Part shown: one piece after another, positions 1 to 9,983 of the stretch
Layout of the letters: every line of letters starts with the position of its first letter
How positions within the stretch are numbered: the stretch's first letter is position 1
Source of the DNA: Aquabacterium sp.
GTDB lineage: Bacteria > Pseudomonadota > Gammaproteobacteria > Burkholderiales > Burkholderiaceae_C
Length of the DNA: 64,000 nt
Direction of reading: 5' to 3'
Assembly (NCBI RefSeq): GCF_050725395.1
Contig: NZ_JBOHHL010000008.1
Coordinates: forward strand, 22,736-86,735
Notes under the pieces: generated by a model
Told to the model about the DNA's origin: nothing
Database searches by the model: none
Seen by the model: only the letters and a program-made list of their open reading frames with translations
Translations under genes and position numbers: made by a program

Positions 1-37
1 GCACGCCATCCGCCTGGCACTCGAAGAAGAAAACTGA
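1..37 (+). CDS. 3' end of an upstream ORF that runs off the window (product unknown)
   Basis: Frame 2 reads ...HAIRLALEEEN followed by TGA at 35-37. Only 12 codons are visible. The stop lies 2 nt before the next ATG, suggesting operon continuity. Confidence 0.25.
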   Translation, partial: HAIRLALEEEN

Positions 38-39
38 CC

Positions 40-3000
40 ATGCCACCCGATCCTTCCGAGCATCTTTTTTCCATGGGCTTGGAATCGTTGATGGCCCGGC
101 AAGATGGTCCTCATGCCGAGCGTGCCGCCGCCAAACCTGGCACCTTCGATTGCGATGTGCTCATCGTGGGCAGCGGTTATGGCGGTGCGGTGACGGCGGA
201 CGCGCTGGCCGGCGTCCTTGATGGCCACACGGGCCAGGCCAGCCGGGTGTGGGTGCTCGAACGCGGCCAACCCTATGCACAAGGCAGCTTTCCCGCGCGC
301 CTGTCCGAGCTGCCCGGACACGTGCGCTTCACCACGCCAGGCGGCCCCAGCGCCCAAGGCTTGCGCACGGGCCTCTTCGACGTGCGCCTGGGCCCGGATG
401 TGTGCACCGTGGTGGCCAATGGCCTGGGCGGTGGTTCGCTGATCAACGCGGGGGTGATGGAGATGCCCACGCCCAGCGTCTTCGCGCAAGCGGCCTGGCC
501 AACTGCCTTGAGGCAGGACGCGAGCCAGCTCGTGGCCTTGTCGCACGGCTTGCAGGCGCGGCTTGGCGCGCGGCCCATGCCCGCCGACTCCCAGCGCCTG
601 ACCAAGCACGCTGCGCTCGAAGCCTTGTCGCGGGGATCGGCGGTCTCCGAAGGCCGGTTCAGGTCGGTGCCCATCACCGTGGATTGGTCCGCCTGCCAGC
701 GTTGCGGCGATTGCGCCACGGGCTGCAACCACAACGCCAAGCAGTCGCTGGACAAAACCCTGCTCAACACCGCGCGGCACCGAGGCGCGACGCTGGTCAC
801 CGGGGCCAGCGTGCAGCGCGTGGAAGCACTGACCGGCGGTGGATGGCGGGTGTGGGTCGAACACACCCACCCCCTGTTCGCGGCCCAGACCGACCAGGCT
901 TTCACCGTCCGGGCCAAGCGGGTGGTGCTGGCGGCAGGCACCTTCGGGTCGTGCGAAATCCTGATGCGCTCACGGGCCCATGGGCTGGCGCTGTCGAGCC
1001 GATTGGGCGAGCGTTTCTCCACGAACGGCGATGTGCTCGCCGCCGTGCATGGCCAGACTTCGCCGGTCAACGCCGTGGCCGATGAACAGGACGATCCGGC
1101 CGAACGCCAGGTGGGGCCCACGATTTCCGGGATGATCGATGTGCGACAGGCGCCGGGGCAGGGTCCGGGCCTTGGCCATGTGGTCCAGGAACTGGCCATC
1201 CCGGGCCCGCTCAAGCGCCTGTTCGCCGAGATGTTCACCACCGCCAAGGCCCTGCACGACCTGGACCGTTTCGACCTGAGCCAGCACCACCCGGACGACG
1301 GCGATCCGCTGGTGCTGCAAGACCAGCCACTCAGGCACACGCAGGTGCTGGCCATCATCGGCCACGACAGCGCCAGCGGCCGCTTGTGTCCGCCGGACAT
1401 GGTCGACTGGCAGGACCCGAGCCGTGGCGAAGGCCTGCTCACCGTGTCCTGGCCCGACCTGCGCGAAGACCAGCGACCCGAGCAGCAACTGGCCGAAGTA
1501 CGCCGTTGGACCGAGTCCTCGGGCACCCGAGGCCAGGTGCTGCCGATGCCCTTGTGGCAACCCCTGCCGGCCAGCATGAGCGCCTTGACCGGCGACCAGA
1601 AGGGCCCCGCCATCAGCACCCACCCGCTGGGCGGCTGCGCCATGGGCGAATCGGGCACCCAAGGCGTGGTCAACCACCTGGGCCAGGTGTTCAAGGGCTC
1701 GGGGGAAGAGGTCTACCCGGACCTGGTCGTCCTCGATGGGTCGATCATCCCCACCTCGCTGGGCATCAATCCCGCGCTGACCATCGCCAGCGTGGCCCAA
1801 CGCGCCATCGACCGACTGCGGGTTTTCTGGAAGTTGACCGAGCCGGCACCAGCGCAACACACCCCCGTGACCGCACCGCGCGTCTACCGCCAGCCGTCGA
1901 GCCTGTACTCGGCCACCGCGCGGCACAAGGCCCCCACCACGGTCGAAGTCACCGAGCAATTGCATGGCTGGGTGAACCCCAAGGACTGGATGCAGCCCGC
2001 CTGGCCGGCGGACCACCAGTTGGCCCTGCGCCTGACCCTGCGTTTTCGCCCGGTCGAAGCCTTGGCCTTGCTCAGGACCCATCCCGAGGCCCGCACGGTC
2101 GAACTGGACCCACAGCACAGCCTGCTGGAGTTCGCCCTGGTCAAGGGCCCGGAATCCCGCGTGGCCACGGCATTCGAATGGGGCCAGGTGGTCTTGTCCG
2201 CGCCCTTGTCGGGCCAGCTCCGATTCATGCAACGCGAGGCCTCAGCGCCGTGGACCCGCGCCACCCGCGCCGGCTGGGCCTGGTTCTTCAACCGCGGACT
2301 GCGGGACACCGTGCTGCACTTGCTGGGCAAAGATTCGCCATCACCGTCGGCCGCCAAGCTCGGCGCCTGGGGCAAGGCGAAAGGGCTGCTGCGACTGGCG
2401 ACCCGCGCAGGCGAAGTGCGCCGCTTCGACTACGCGCTGAGCACGCTCGACGCCACCGCCCACCACGACGCGCCCTGGGTCAGGCAACTCAAGGAGGCCT
2501 GGCAGGGCCAGACCTTGGCGGGACACAAGCGCCTGAGCTACACACGGCGCGGCAACCCCTGGGCGCAACTGACCAGCATGAGCCTGACGCACCACCCAGG
2601 CCAGCCACCCTGGGCCGGCGCCGACATCCCGCTGCAGGTGAATTTGTCCTACTTCGCCGAACAAGGCGTGCCCTTGCTGCGCCTGCTGCGTTTCGAGACC
2701 ATGCCAGATGCCCTGGCCGACCTGGGCAGCCTGCTGGCCTGGGTGACCCGCGTGCTGCTGCACACCCACATCTGGACCTTCCGCAAACCCGACACGCCGC
2801 CGCCTCGACTGGCCCACCGTTTGCCAGGCCAACTCCCGCAGCTCCCGCCCCCCGAGATCATCGAACTGGACATGGGACCGCCCGGCGTGCGCATCCGGCT
2901 CACCCGCTATGCCCAAACCACCGGCCGACCGGTGCTGATGATCCACGGCTACAGCGCCAGCGGCACCACCTTCGCCCACCCGGCCGTGCGCCCCAACCTG

Positions 3001-3954
3001 GCCGAAACCTTGTGGAAGGAAGGCCACGACATCTGGATCCTGGACATGCGCACCAGCCCCGGCATGCCCAGCGCCAGCCAGCCTTGGAGCTTCGAAGAAG
3101 TTGCCTACAACGACATCCCCGAAGCCGTGGACCACATCACCCGCGCCACAGGGCATCCGCAGATCGACATCGTGGCCCACTGCATGGGTTCGGCGATGCT
3201 GTGGATGGCCTTGCTGGGCGCCCCCACCACCAGCCCCGACCCCATCGACACGCGCCCCAACTTGCGCGCCGCCTTGCAGCAGCGCATCCGCCGCCTGGTG
3301 ATCTCTCAAGTCGCGCCCAAAGTGGTGTTCAGCCCGGCCAACGTCATGCGCGCCTACCTGGGGCGCTACCTGCGCCAGTTCATGCCCTTGGGCCGCTTCG
3401 ACTTCCGCCCGGAACACCCCACCCTGGCCGACACCCTGCTCGACCGCCTGCTGGCATCCCAGGCCTACCCCGACCCGGAATACAGCGTCGAGAATCCCTT
3501 CTGGCCACCATGGCGCGAAACCCCCTGGACCGGCACCCGGCACCGCATGGACGCGCTGTACGGGCGGGACTTCAACGCCTTGAACCTCTCGGCCGACCTG
3601 CTGGCCGCCATCGACGATCACTTCGGGCCGATGAACCTGGCCTCGGTCAGCCAGGCCATCCATTTCGCGCGCTGGCGCTGCCTCACCGACCAGCAAGGCC
3701 AGCCGGTGTATGTGACGCCCGCCCGCATGGCCGCCGTGTTCACCTTTCCCTGCCTGTACGTGCACGGCGAGGAGAACGGCCTGTCCGACATCACCGGCAT
3801 GCGCCTGTTCCGCGACTTCGTGGACAGTTTGGGCCCCAGCCATGCCGCACGCCTGACGTGCCAAGCCATTCCTGGCCATGGCCACCAAGACTGTTTGGTG
3901 GGAAAGCACGCCCACCGCGACGTTTTTCCGCACATCACACGCTTCTTGCATTGA
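40..3954 (+). CDS. Fusion protein: GMC (cholesterol-oxidase-like) FAD oxidoreductase, an unassigned ~330-aa middle region, and an alpha/beta-hydrolase domain
   Basis: Uninterrupted 1,304-codon ORF. N-terminus has DVLIVGSGYGGAV (FAD fold), GGGSLINAG, CQRCGDCATGCNHNAKQS, HPLGGCAMG and VLDGSIIPTSLGINPALTI (GMC C-terminal signature). C-terminus has VLMIHGYSASGTTF and the nucleophile elbow IDIVAHCMGSAML, with Cys at the Ser position. Confidence 0.8.
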   Translation: MPPDPSEHLFSMGLESLMARQDGPHAERAAAKPGTFDCDVLIVGSGYGGAVTADALAGVLDGHTGQASRVWVLERGQPYAQGSFPARLSELPGHVRFTTPGGPSAQGLRTGLFDVRLGPDVCTVVANGLGGGSLINAGVMEMPTPSVFAQAAWPTALRQDASQLVALSHGLQARLGARPMPADSQRLTKHAALEALSRGSAVSEGRFRSVPITVDWSACQRCGDCATGCNHNAKQSLDKTLLNTARHRGATLVTGASVQRVEALTGGGWRVWVEHTHPLFAAQTDQAFTVRAKRVVLAAGTFGSCEILMRSRAHGLALSSRLGERFSTNGDVLAAVHGQTSPVNAVADEQDDPAERQVGPTISGMIDVRQAPGQGPGLGHVVQELAIPGPLKRLFAEMFTTAKALHDLDRFDLSQHHPDDGDPLVLQDQPLRHTQVLAIIGHDSASGRLCPPDMVDWQDPSRGEGLLTVSWPDLREDQRPEQQLAEVRRWTESSGTRGQVLPMPLWQPLPASMSALTGDQKGPAISTHPLGGCAMGESGTQGVVNHLGQVFKGSGEEVYPDLVVLDGSIIPTSLGINPALTIASVAQRAIDRLRVFWKLTEPAPAQHTPVTAPRVYRQPSSLYSATARHKAPTTVEVTEQLHGWVNPKDWMQPAWPADHQLALRLTLRFRPVEALALLRTHPEARTVELDPQHSLLEFALVKGPESRVATAFEWGQVVLSAPLSGQLRFMQREASAPWTRATRAGWAWFFNRGLRDTVLHLLGKDSPSPSAAKLGAWGKAKGLLRLATRAGEVRRFDYALSTLDATAHHDAPWVRQLKEAWQGQTLAGHKRLSYTRRGNPWAQLTSMSLTHHPGQPPWAGADIPLQVNLSYFAEQGVPLLRLLRFETMPDALADLGSLLAWVTRVLLHTHIWTFRKPDTPPPRLAHRLPGQLPQLPPPEIIELDMGPPGVRIRLTRYAQTTGRPVLMIHGYSASGTTFAHPAVRPNLAETLWKEGHDIWILDMRTSPGMPSASQPWSFEEVAYNDIPEAVDHITRATGHPQIDIVAHCMGSAMLWMALLGAPTTSPDPIDTRPNLRAALQQRIRRLVISQVAPKVVFSPANVMRAYLGRYLRQFMPLGRFDFRPEHPTLADTLLDRLLASQAYPDPEYSVENPFWPPWRETPWTGTRHRMDALYGRDFNALNLSADLLAAIDDHFGPMNLASVSQAIHFARWRCLTDQQGQPVYVTPARMAAVFTFPCLYVHGEENGLSDITGMRLFRDFVDSLGPSHAARLTCQAIPGHGHQDCLVGKHAHRDVFPHITRFLH

Positions 3955-3990
3955 GCAAGCTCCGGTGCTTGTTGTCGTCGCCATGCAGTC

Positions 3991-5580
3991 ATGTCAAAAA
4001 ACACGTCCCAGGGCCCAGGGAGGCTCGCCTGCACATCGCCGGGCCATGGTCCCTACATGGTGCTGCACCAGTGCGCCCAAGGTGGCCACGATGTGGTGCG
4101 CGTTGCCATGGGATCGGCGCCCGGTCAATGCGCCCCCCAGTACGCTGCGCTGGTGGCACCGGCCGCGCCGGATTCGCCCGGCTGGCACGTTCACCTGTGG
4201 CCCTGGCCTGCGCGAGCAGCCACCGTGCACTTCTTTGACATCCCCGACGACTGGCTGCGGCAGCACACCCATTGCGCGGCCCTGTTGTTGACGGACGAAG
4301 CGTCCACGCCGGTGAACTGGTCACAGCAAGGCATCACCGAGGCGATTGACCAGCAGCTGACCCTGGCCGATTTCCAGGGCCTGGCACAACTCGACTTGGT
4401 CGCCGCCCGGCACACGCGGTGGCCGGAGGCCGAGCCCCACGGAGGCCGCGACGCCACCCACATCGCCGTGGCCAGTTGCCAATACGCCAGCGGCATGATC
4501 GACGGCGCGCCGCCCGCCAGCACCTGGACACCCGGCCCCGCCGACCTGTCCTACCACCGCCTGGGCCAATGGCGGCGCCACACCCACCTGGATGCCTTGT
4601 TGCTGGTCGGCGACCAGGTCTACAACGACGCCACCGCCGGCCTGTTCGACCCGGCCGCGGTCGATGACCGTTACCACGGCCCCTACCGGCACTGGCTGTC
4701 GCGCCGGGTGGTGCGCCAGGCCCTGGCCGGCCCCATGGTGCACGCCTTGCCAGACGACCACGAATTCCACGACAACTGGTCACCCATCGGCCCGCTGCAC
4801 ACCAGGTTCGGCGACAACAACCACGTCCGAGACAACGGCCTCGCCGCCTACTTCGCCCACCTGCGGGGCAGCGCCGATCAGACGGGCAGGCCGGTCTGGT
4901 CTCACTTCCAGCAGGGGCCCATCGCCTGCTTCATGATGGACACGCGCACCGAACGCGAACGGCGCCAGGCGCGCACCTTGGGACAGGCCCGCATCATGTC
5001 CAGCGTCCAGCGACACGCCCTGAAGGCCTGGCTGGGCCAACACGCCAGCGGCTGGGCGCCCAAGGTCGTGGCCAGCCCCTCCATGCTGCTGCCACGCCGG
5101 CACACCAGCGTGGCCAGCGAGGCCGGCGCGCTGCACTCCGACGCCTGGGACGGCTACCCGGCCGCCCAGCATGACCTGCTGGGCCTCTTGTGGGAGCAAC
5201 AGGCCAAGAACGTGGTGTTCGTCTCAGGCGATGAACACCTGGGCTGCGTGTGCGAAATCACGATCACTTGCCCCGACCAGCCCGAGCGCAACATCACCGC
5301 CTGGTCCGTGCACTGCCCCGCCCTGTACGCACCCTACCCTTTCGCCAACTCGCGGCGCGAGGACTTCGTGCCCCGCGAATCCTTCTCCCTGCGCCGCCCA
5401 GGCCCACACCCCGAACTGATCTGCCATGTGGACACCTGGTACCCGCGCCCCGGGGATGGATTTGCCGTGCTGCGCTTTCACCGGCCCAACGAACGCTGGC
5501 AAGGCCAGGTGAGCTTCGTCCAGGAAGACATCGCCCACGGTTTGCCCCAATCGCCCGAGGTTTGCCGCACCCTGTTCTGA
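3991..5580 (+). CDS. PhoD-like metallophosphoesterase, no signal peptide
   Basis: Motifs [26 protein letters not shown] and VSGDEHLG are typical of PhoD-like calcineurin-fold phosphatases. It lies 36 nt downstream of the fusion gene. Start uncertain; ATG 3991 is the longest option. Confidence 0.7.
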   Translation: MSKNTSQGPGRLACTSPGHGPYMVLHQCAQGGHDVVRVAMGSAPGQCAPQYAALVAPAAPDSPGWHVHLWPWPARAATVHFFDIPDDWLRQHTHCAALLLTDEASTPVNWSQQGITEAIDQQLTLADFQGLAQLDLVAARHTRWPEAEPHGGRDATHIAVASCQYASGMIDGAPPASTWTPGPADLSYHRLGQWRRHTHLDALLLVGDQVYNDATAGLFDPAAVDDRYHGPYRHWLSRRVVRQALAGPMVHALPDDHEFHDNWSPIGPLHTRFGDNNHVRDNGLAAYFAHLRGSADQTGRPVWSHFQQGPIACFMMDTRTERERRQARTLGQARIMSSVQRHALKAWLGQHASGWAPKVVASPSMLLPRRHTSVASEAGALHSDAWDGYPAAQHDLLGLLWEQQAKNVVFVSGDEHLGCVCEITITCPDQPERNITAWSVHCPALYAPYPFANSRREDFVPRESFSLRRPGPHPELICHVDTWYPRPGDGFAVLRFHRPNERWQGQVSFVQEDIAHGLPQSPEVCRTLF

Positions 5581-5599
5581 GTCCTCGTTTACAATGGTC

Positions 5600-5700
5600 G
5601 GTGACGGGCCTTCCCGCATGGGGGCGCGGCCAACCGGGTCAGATTGGGAACGAAGCAGCCCTAACCGTTTGCCTCCAGTGCCGGGGTCAGGCTCGTCACC
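5600..5700 (+). ncRNA. ffs: Signal recognition particle RNA (4.5S RNA)
   Basis: Closing helix GGTGACG (5600-5606) / CGTCACC (5694-5700) is followed by T7. The core GGGTCAGATTGGGAACGAAGCAGCC matches conserved SRP RNA domain IV (E. coli 4.5S: GGUCAGGUCCGGAAGGAAGCAGCC), including a GGAA tetraloop. TACAAT -10 box at 5590-5595. Confidence 0.85.
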
Positions 5701-5776
5701 TTTTTTTGATTGGATGCCCCATGCGTCGCGGCTGGGACGCGGGCCTGGGGACCTTCTTCAGGACCCTCCAGCGCTC

Positions 5777-6886
5777 ATGGCATCGATCCCCTCCAGCACG
5801 TCACCCACGGCCACCGTCGCCATCGATCTGGGCGACCGCAGCTACGACATCCTCATCGGCCAGGACCTGCTGGGCCGGCCCGAAACCTACGCTGGCCTGC
5901 CCAAATCGGCCACGGCGCTGATCGTCACCAACACCACCGTGGGCCCGCTGTACACGGCCAGGCTGACGCAGGCCCTGCAGGCCCACCACAAGCGCGTGCT
6001 GTCGGTCGAATTGCCCGATGGCGAAGCCTTCAAGGACTGGCCTTCACTCAACCAGGTCTTCACCACCCTGCTCGAGCACGCCTGCGACCGCAAGACGGTG
6101 CTGTACGCCCTGGGCGGCGGCGTGGTGGGCGACATGACCGGTTTCGCAGCCGCCTGCTACATGCGCGGCGTGCCCTTCGTGCAGGTGCCGACCACCCTGC
6201 TGGCCCAGGTCGATTCCAGCGTGGGCGGCAAGACCGCCATCAACCACCCGGTCGGCAAGAACATGATCGGGGCGTTCTACCAGCCCCAGCGAGTGATCTG
6301 CGACATCGACACGCTCGACACCCTGGCGCAAAGCGAGCTGCTGGCCGGCCTGGCCGAAGTCATCAAATACGGGCCCATCGCCGACGCCGAATTCCTGAGC
6401 TGGCTGGAAGCCAACCTCGACGCCTTGCTGGCCCGCGACCGCGCCGCCTTGCGCCACGCCATCCGCCGCTCCTGCGAGATCAAGGCCTGGGTGGTCGGCC
6501 AGGATGAAAAGGAAGCCGGCCTGCGCGCCATCCTGAACTTCGGCCACACCTTCGGCCACGCCATCGAAGCCGGCCTGGGCTATGGCGAATGGTTGCATGG
6601 CGAGGCCGTGGGCTGCGGCATGGTGATGGCGGCTGATTTATCGGCCCGACTGGGTCTGATCGACCAGGCCACCTCGCTGCGCATCAAGGACTTGGTCGAA
6701 CGCACCGGCCTGCCTGTGGTGGGCCCGGCCCTGGGCGCCGACCGCTACATCGAACTGATGCGCGTCGACAAGAAAGCCGAGGACGGCGAGATCCGCTTCG
6801 TGGTGATCAACCAGTTGGGCACCGCCAGCATGCGGCCCGCGCCTGACGCCATGGTGCGCGAGGTCATCGCGGCGCACACGGCCTGA
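5777..6886 (+). CDS. aroB: 3-dehydroquinate synthase
   Basis: Start at ATG 5777 (MASIPSS...). The longer computed ORF from 5594 would run through the SRP RNA. Motifs [38 protein letters not shown]. Confidence 0.93.
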   Translation: MASIPSSTSPTATVAIDLGDRSYDILIGQDLLGRPETYAGLPKSATALIVTNTTVGPLYTARLTQALQAHHKRVLSVELPDGEAFKDWPSLNQVFTTLLEHACDRKTVLYALGGGVVGDMTGFAAACYMRGVPFVQVPTTLLAQVDSSVGGKTAINHPVGKNMIGAFYQPQRVICDIDTLDTLAQSELLAGLAEVIKYGPIADAEFLSWLEANLDALLARDRAALRHAIRRSCEIKAWVVGQDEKEAGLRAILNFGHTFGHAIEAGLGYGEWLHGEAVGCGMVMAADLSARLGLIDQATSLRIKDLVERTGLPVVGPALGADRYIELMRVDKKAEDGEIRFVVINQLGTASMRPAPDAMVREVIAAHTA

Positions 6887-7165
6887 TCAACCGGATTTCT
6901 GAGCGGCGGCTTTGCTGGACACGCCCAGCTTGCCTCCTGCGGGCTGCGGCCGTTGGCACAGCGGCGCCCAGAGTTCGATGGCTTGCTCGGGCGTCGTGAT
7001 CAGTTGTTCACCCTCGTTGGTGACCAATCGGTATTGCTCGAACTTCTTGCCAGCCGTCGAGGCTTCCTTGGCGCTCTGAAGCGCCGCACACGCTGGCGAC
7101 TGTTCCTTGCTGAAGGACGAGCCCACGCAGGCAGCCAGGACAGCGGCGATGACCACGTGCTTCAT
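6887..7165 (-). CDS. Small putative lipoprotein (unknown function)
   Basis: 92-aa ORF with signal peptide and lipobox MKHVVIAAVLAAC|VGSS. No family recognised. Confidence 0.5.
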   Translation of the reverse strand: MKHVVIAAVLAACVGSSFSKEQSPACAALQSAKEASTAGKKFEQYRLVTNEGEQLITTPEQAIELWAPLCQRPQPAGGKLGVSSKAAAQKSG

Positions 7166-7328
7166 GAACAGACTCCTTCATGCTTCAGCCACGGAAAAAC
7201 GGTAAGACGCCAGCTTGCCCCAACCCGGGCGCCAACGGGGTCACGCGCTGGCGGATGAATGAAGTGTTCAGTGATTCCTGCACAAAGACACTAAGATTTG
7301 GAATCCTTGGCTCTCGCATCAAAAGCTC

Positions 7329-8456
7329 ATGTGGTTAGCGCCTTATGCCTCTCACCCCGACCAGTCCAAAGGCCGGCGGCACGCGGAAGCACCCGCCCCC
7401 ACGCGCAATGACTACCAGCGCGACCGCGACCGCATCGTGCACAGCACGGCTTTCCGGCGCCTGGTCTACAAGACGCAGGTCTTCCTGAACCACGAGGGGG
7501 ACCTGTTCCGCACGCGCCTGACGCATTCGCTGGAGGTGGCGCAGCTGGGGCGTTCCATCGCCCGATCGCTGGACCTGAACGAGGACTTGGTCGAGGCCAT
7601 TGCCTTGGCACACGACCTGGGCCACACGCCCTTTGGCCATGCGGGCCAGGACACGCTCAACGAGTGCATGAGCGGCCATGGCGGCTTCGAGCACAACCTG
7701 CAATCACTGCGGGTGATCGACGAACTGGAAGAACGCTACCCCGCCTTCAATGGCCTGAACCTGAGCTTCGAGGCCCGCGAAGGCGTGCTGAAGCATTGCT
7801 CCCGCAAGAACGCCGAACTGCTGGAAGCGCGCGAACCCAAGGGCATCGGCCACCGCTTTTTGCAAGGCACGCAACCCAGCCTGGAAGCGCAGTTGTGCAA
7901 CCTGGCCGATGAGATCGCCTACAACGCCCACGACATCGACGACGGGGTGCGCTCGGGCCTGATCACCATTGAGCAGCTGGAAGACGTACCGTTGTTCACC
8001 CGCTTCAGGGACGAGACCTTGTCGGAGTTCCCGGAGGTCAAGGGCAGGCGGCTGTTGTTCGACACCATCCGCCGCATGCTGTCGCAGCAGGTCTACGACG
8101 TGATCGACGCCACGCGCGATGCCATCACCGAGCACGCGCCCACCTCGGCCGGCGCCGCGCGCCTGTGCCCGTCGCTGGTGCGTTTCAGCCAGCCCATGCG
8201 GGAAGCCAGCACACAGCTCAAGCGGTTTCTGTTCAAGGAGTTGTACCGGCACCCGCAGGTCAACGAGACGACGGTCAGGGCCAAGCAGGTGATCGCCGAA
8301 CTGTTCGCGGCCTATGTCGAGAAGCCCTCAGAGATGCAGCTGGATTTCGCCCAGCGCGAGGACTTGCACCGGTCCGTGGCCGACTACATCGCCGGCATGA
8401 CGGACCGCTTCGCCATCCGCGAGCACGAACGGCTCACGGGGCAGCGGTTGTTCTGA
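7329..8456 (+). CDS. dgt: dGTP triphosphohydrolase-like HD-domain protein
   Basis: HD-domain motifs HSLEVAQLGRSIA and LAHDLGHTPFGHAG. The 375-aa length and position next to aroB are typical of the housekeeping Dgt-like family. Confidence 0.9.
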   Translation: MWLAPYASHPDQSKGRRHAEAPAPTRNDYQRDRDRIVHSTAFRRLVYKTQVFLNHEGDLFRTRLTHSLEVAQLGRSIARSLDLNEDLVEAIALAHDLGHTPFGHAGQDTLNECMSGHGGFEHNLQSLRVIDELEERYPAFNGLNLSFEAREGVLKHCSRKNAELLEAREPKGIGHRFLQGTQPSLEAQLCNLADEIAYNAHDIDDGVRSGLITIEQLEDVPLFTRFRDETLSEFPEVKGRRLLFDTIRRMLSQQVYDVIDATRDAITEHAPTSAGAARLCPSLVRFSQPMREASTQLKRFLFKELYRHPQVNETTVRAKQVIAELFAAYVEKPSEMQLDFAQREDLHRSVADYIAGMTDRFAIREHERLTGQRLF

Positions 8457-9983
8457 TCAGGCGGCCAGACCCGCGGCGTGCGGGTGCAGGGGCTCCGCGG
8501 CCACGGGTTGATCGCCAATGGGCAGGTCGTCGGGGAGCGCAAAGTCGGCGCGCATGACGCGGGCCGCCGTTCGCTCCTTCATCGTGGTCACCACCTTGGT
8601 CAGCACCACGCGCATAAAAGCGGCCTTCTCGCGGCCGCATTCCTTGAGCTTGTCGTCCAGGTAAGTGAACTGGTCCAGCGTGAATCGGTGCTCGAACCAG
8701 CCCAGGTACCAGAACCAGTCCGTGTAGTACAGCCAGGATTTCTCGTTCAGGGCACGCAGGTGCGTGGGGTCCTGCCAGGCGGTCGCGGCGTGTTCGTAGG
8801 GCACCTCGATGATGAAGCGCCCGCCGGTCTTCAACAGCTTCAGGCAGTTGCCCATCAGCTCCGGCAGGTCGGGCACGTGCTCCAGCACGTTGTTGGCGTA
8901 GACCGTGTCGGCGCTCTCGGCCTGAAGGCAGACCGGGCCACCATAAGGCGTGGCGGCCTGCACGGGCCAGGTGACCGGCCGGCCCAGGTCCAGCACCAGG
9001 TCGGGCTGGGCGCGGTCGAGCACATCGATGTTCAGCCAGCCCGGCTTGTAGTCCTTGCCCGAGCCCAGGTTGATGCGGCTCGGTTGCCAGGCCTCGTGTG
9101 GGCGTGACTGCTGGTGCGTGCGGCCATAACCGGCGGCGAAGGCCAGCAGGTCGGCGTAGGCCTCAAGGGGGTCGGCATCCTGGAAGTTCACCAGCCCCTG
9201 GATGGCCTGCTCGTAGAAAGCGGGTGTGCAGAACTGCTCGGCGAAGTAGGTGTCCAGTTGGGCATCCTCCAGCCAGATCACGCTGTTCTCGAAGGCGGCA
9301 TGCGGCCTGGCCAGCGGCGAGCGTTCCGAAATCACCGGCGTGCCCACCGACAGGCAGTGCGACACGCGGGCCTGCTCGAAGCGGCTGCTGGCGTAAAAAT
9401 GCGCGTTGAACACGGCCTTGGACTGCACGATGATCTGGTCGCGCTCGGGGCCGTAGAGGGGGCTGTCGAACAGGCTGACCTTTACGCCCTGGGCTTCGAT
9501 GCGGCTGATCATCGAACGGCGGCGCTCGTTCATGCTGCCAATGAACAGCAGGTCGATCGGGCGGTCCTCCAGCGGCAGGAACTCAACTTGCGACACATAG
9601 GGCGCATAGAGGAAAGGCACGAGCGGCACGTCATCGGCGTGCGATGAATAGGCGGCCACGTTGTCGGCGTCGTAATCGACCACGGCGGAGCCGGCCAGCA
9701 ACTGCAGGTAGTCGCGCGAGACGGGCGCACCGCCCTGCCCCAGCTGTTCCAGATTCACGAAGATGCAGCTGTAGCGCTGGCGCAGCGTGGCGTCGAAGCC
9801 CAGGTGCGCGCCAAAGACGAAGTTGACCGCGTCGTGCCGCAGGCGGTTTTTTGCCAGGCTCACGTGCGCGCCCATGCGGCGAAACTGGTGGCGGAAGTAC
9901 CGCGCTTGGTCCAGGAAGCCCAGCGAGTGCACATAGCCACTGGGCTGGACGATGCACAGGTGGATGTGGGGAAGCTGGGTCAT
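8457..9983 (-). CDS. Two-domain protein: glycosyltransferase-like N-terminal domain plus class I SAM-dependent methyltransferase C-terminal domain (putative flagellin/glycan modification)
   Basis: Real start is ATG 9983 (MTQLPHIHL...), overlapping the upstream stop as ATGA. N-terminal part: LLFIGSMNERRR...SKAVFNAHFY...GTPVISERS (GT-B C-terminal-half-like). C-terminal part: INLGSGKDYKPGWLNID...VYANNVLEHVPD...LKTGGRFIIEVP (methyltransferase type 11-like). Confidence 0.72.
   Translation of the reverse strand: MTQLPHIHLCIVQPSGYVHSLGFLDQARYFRHQFRRMGAHVSLAKNRLRHDAVNFVFGAHLGFDATLRQRYSCIFVNLEQLGQGGAPVSRDYLQLLAGSAVVDYDADNVAAYSSHADDVPLVPFLYAPYVSQVEFLPLEDRPIDLLFIGSMNERRRSMISRIEAQGVKVSLFDSPLYGPERDQIIVQSKAVFNAHFYASSRFEQARVSHCLSVGTPVISERSPLARPHAAFENSVIWLEDAQLDTYFAEQFCTPAFYEQAIQGLVNFQDADPLEAYADLLAFAAGYGRTHQQSRPHEAWQPSRINLGSGKDYKPGWLNIDVLDRAQPDLVLDLGRPVTWPVQAATPYGGPVCLQAESADTVYANNVLEHVPDLPELMGNCLKLLKTGGRFIIEVPYEHAATAWQDPTHLRALNEKSWLYYTDWFWYLGWFEHRFTLDQFTYLDDKLKECGREKAAFMRVVLTKVVTTMKERTAARVMRADFALPDDLPIGDQPVAAEPLHPHAAGLAA

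Noticed and set aside
7329-8456. dGTPase as an anti-phage dNTP-depletion defence gene.
   Set aside because: Its size, its motifs and its position next to aroB fit the conserved housekeeping Dgt-like family. There is no defence-island context.
8454-8459. Zero-spacer convergent stop codons (dgt/modification gene at 8456/8457; also polyesterase/DLH at 39568/39569) as a special element.
   Set aside because: This is just tight packing of convergent genes. No hairpin or repeat is associated, so I noted it only as context.
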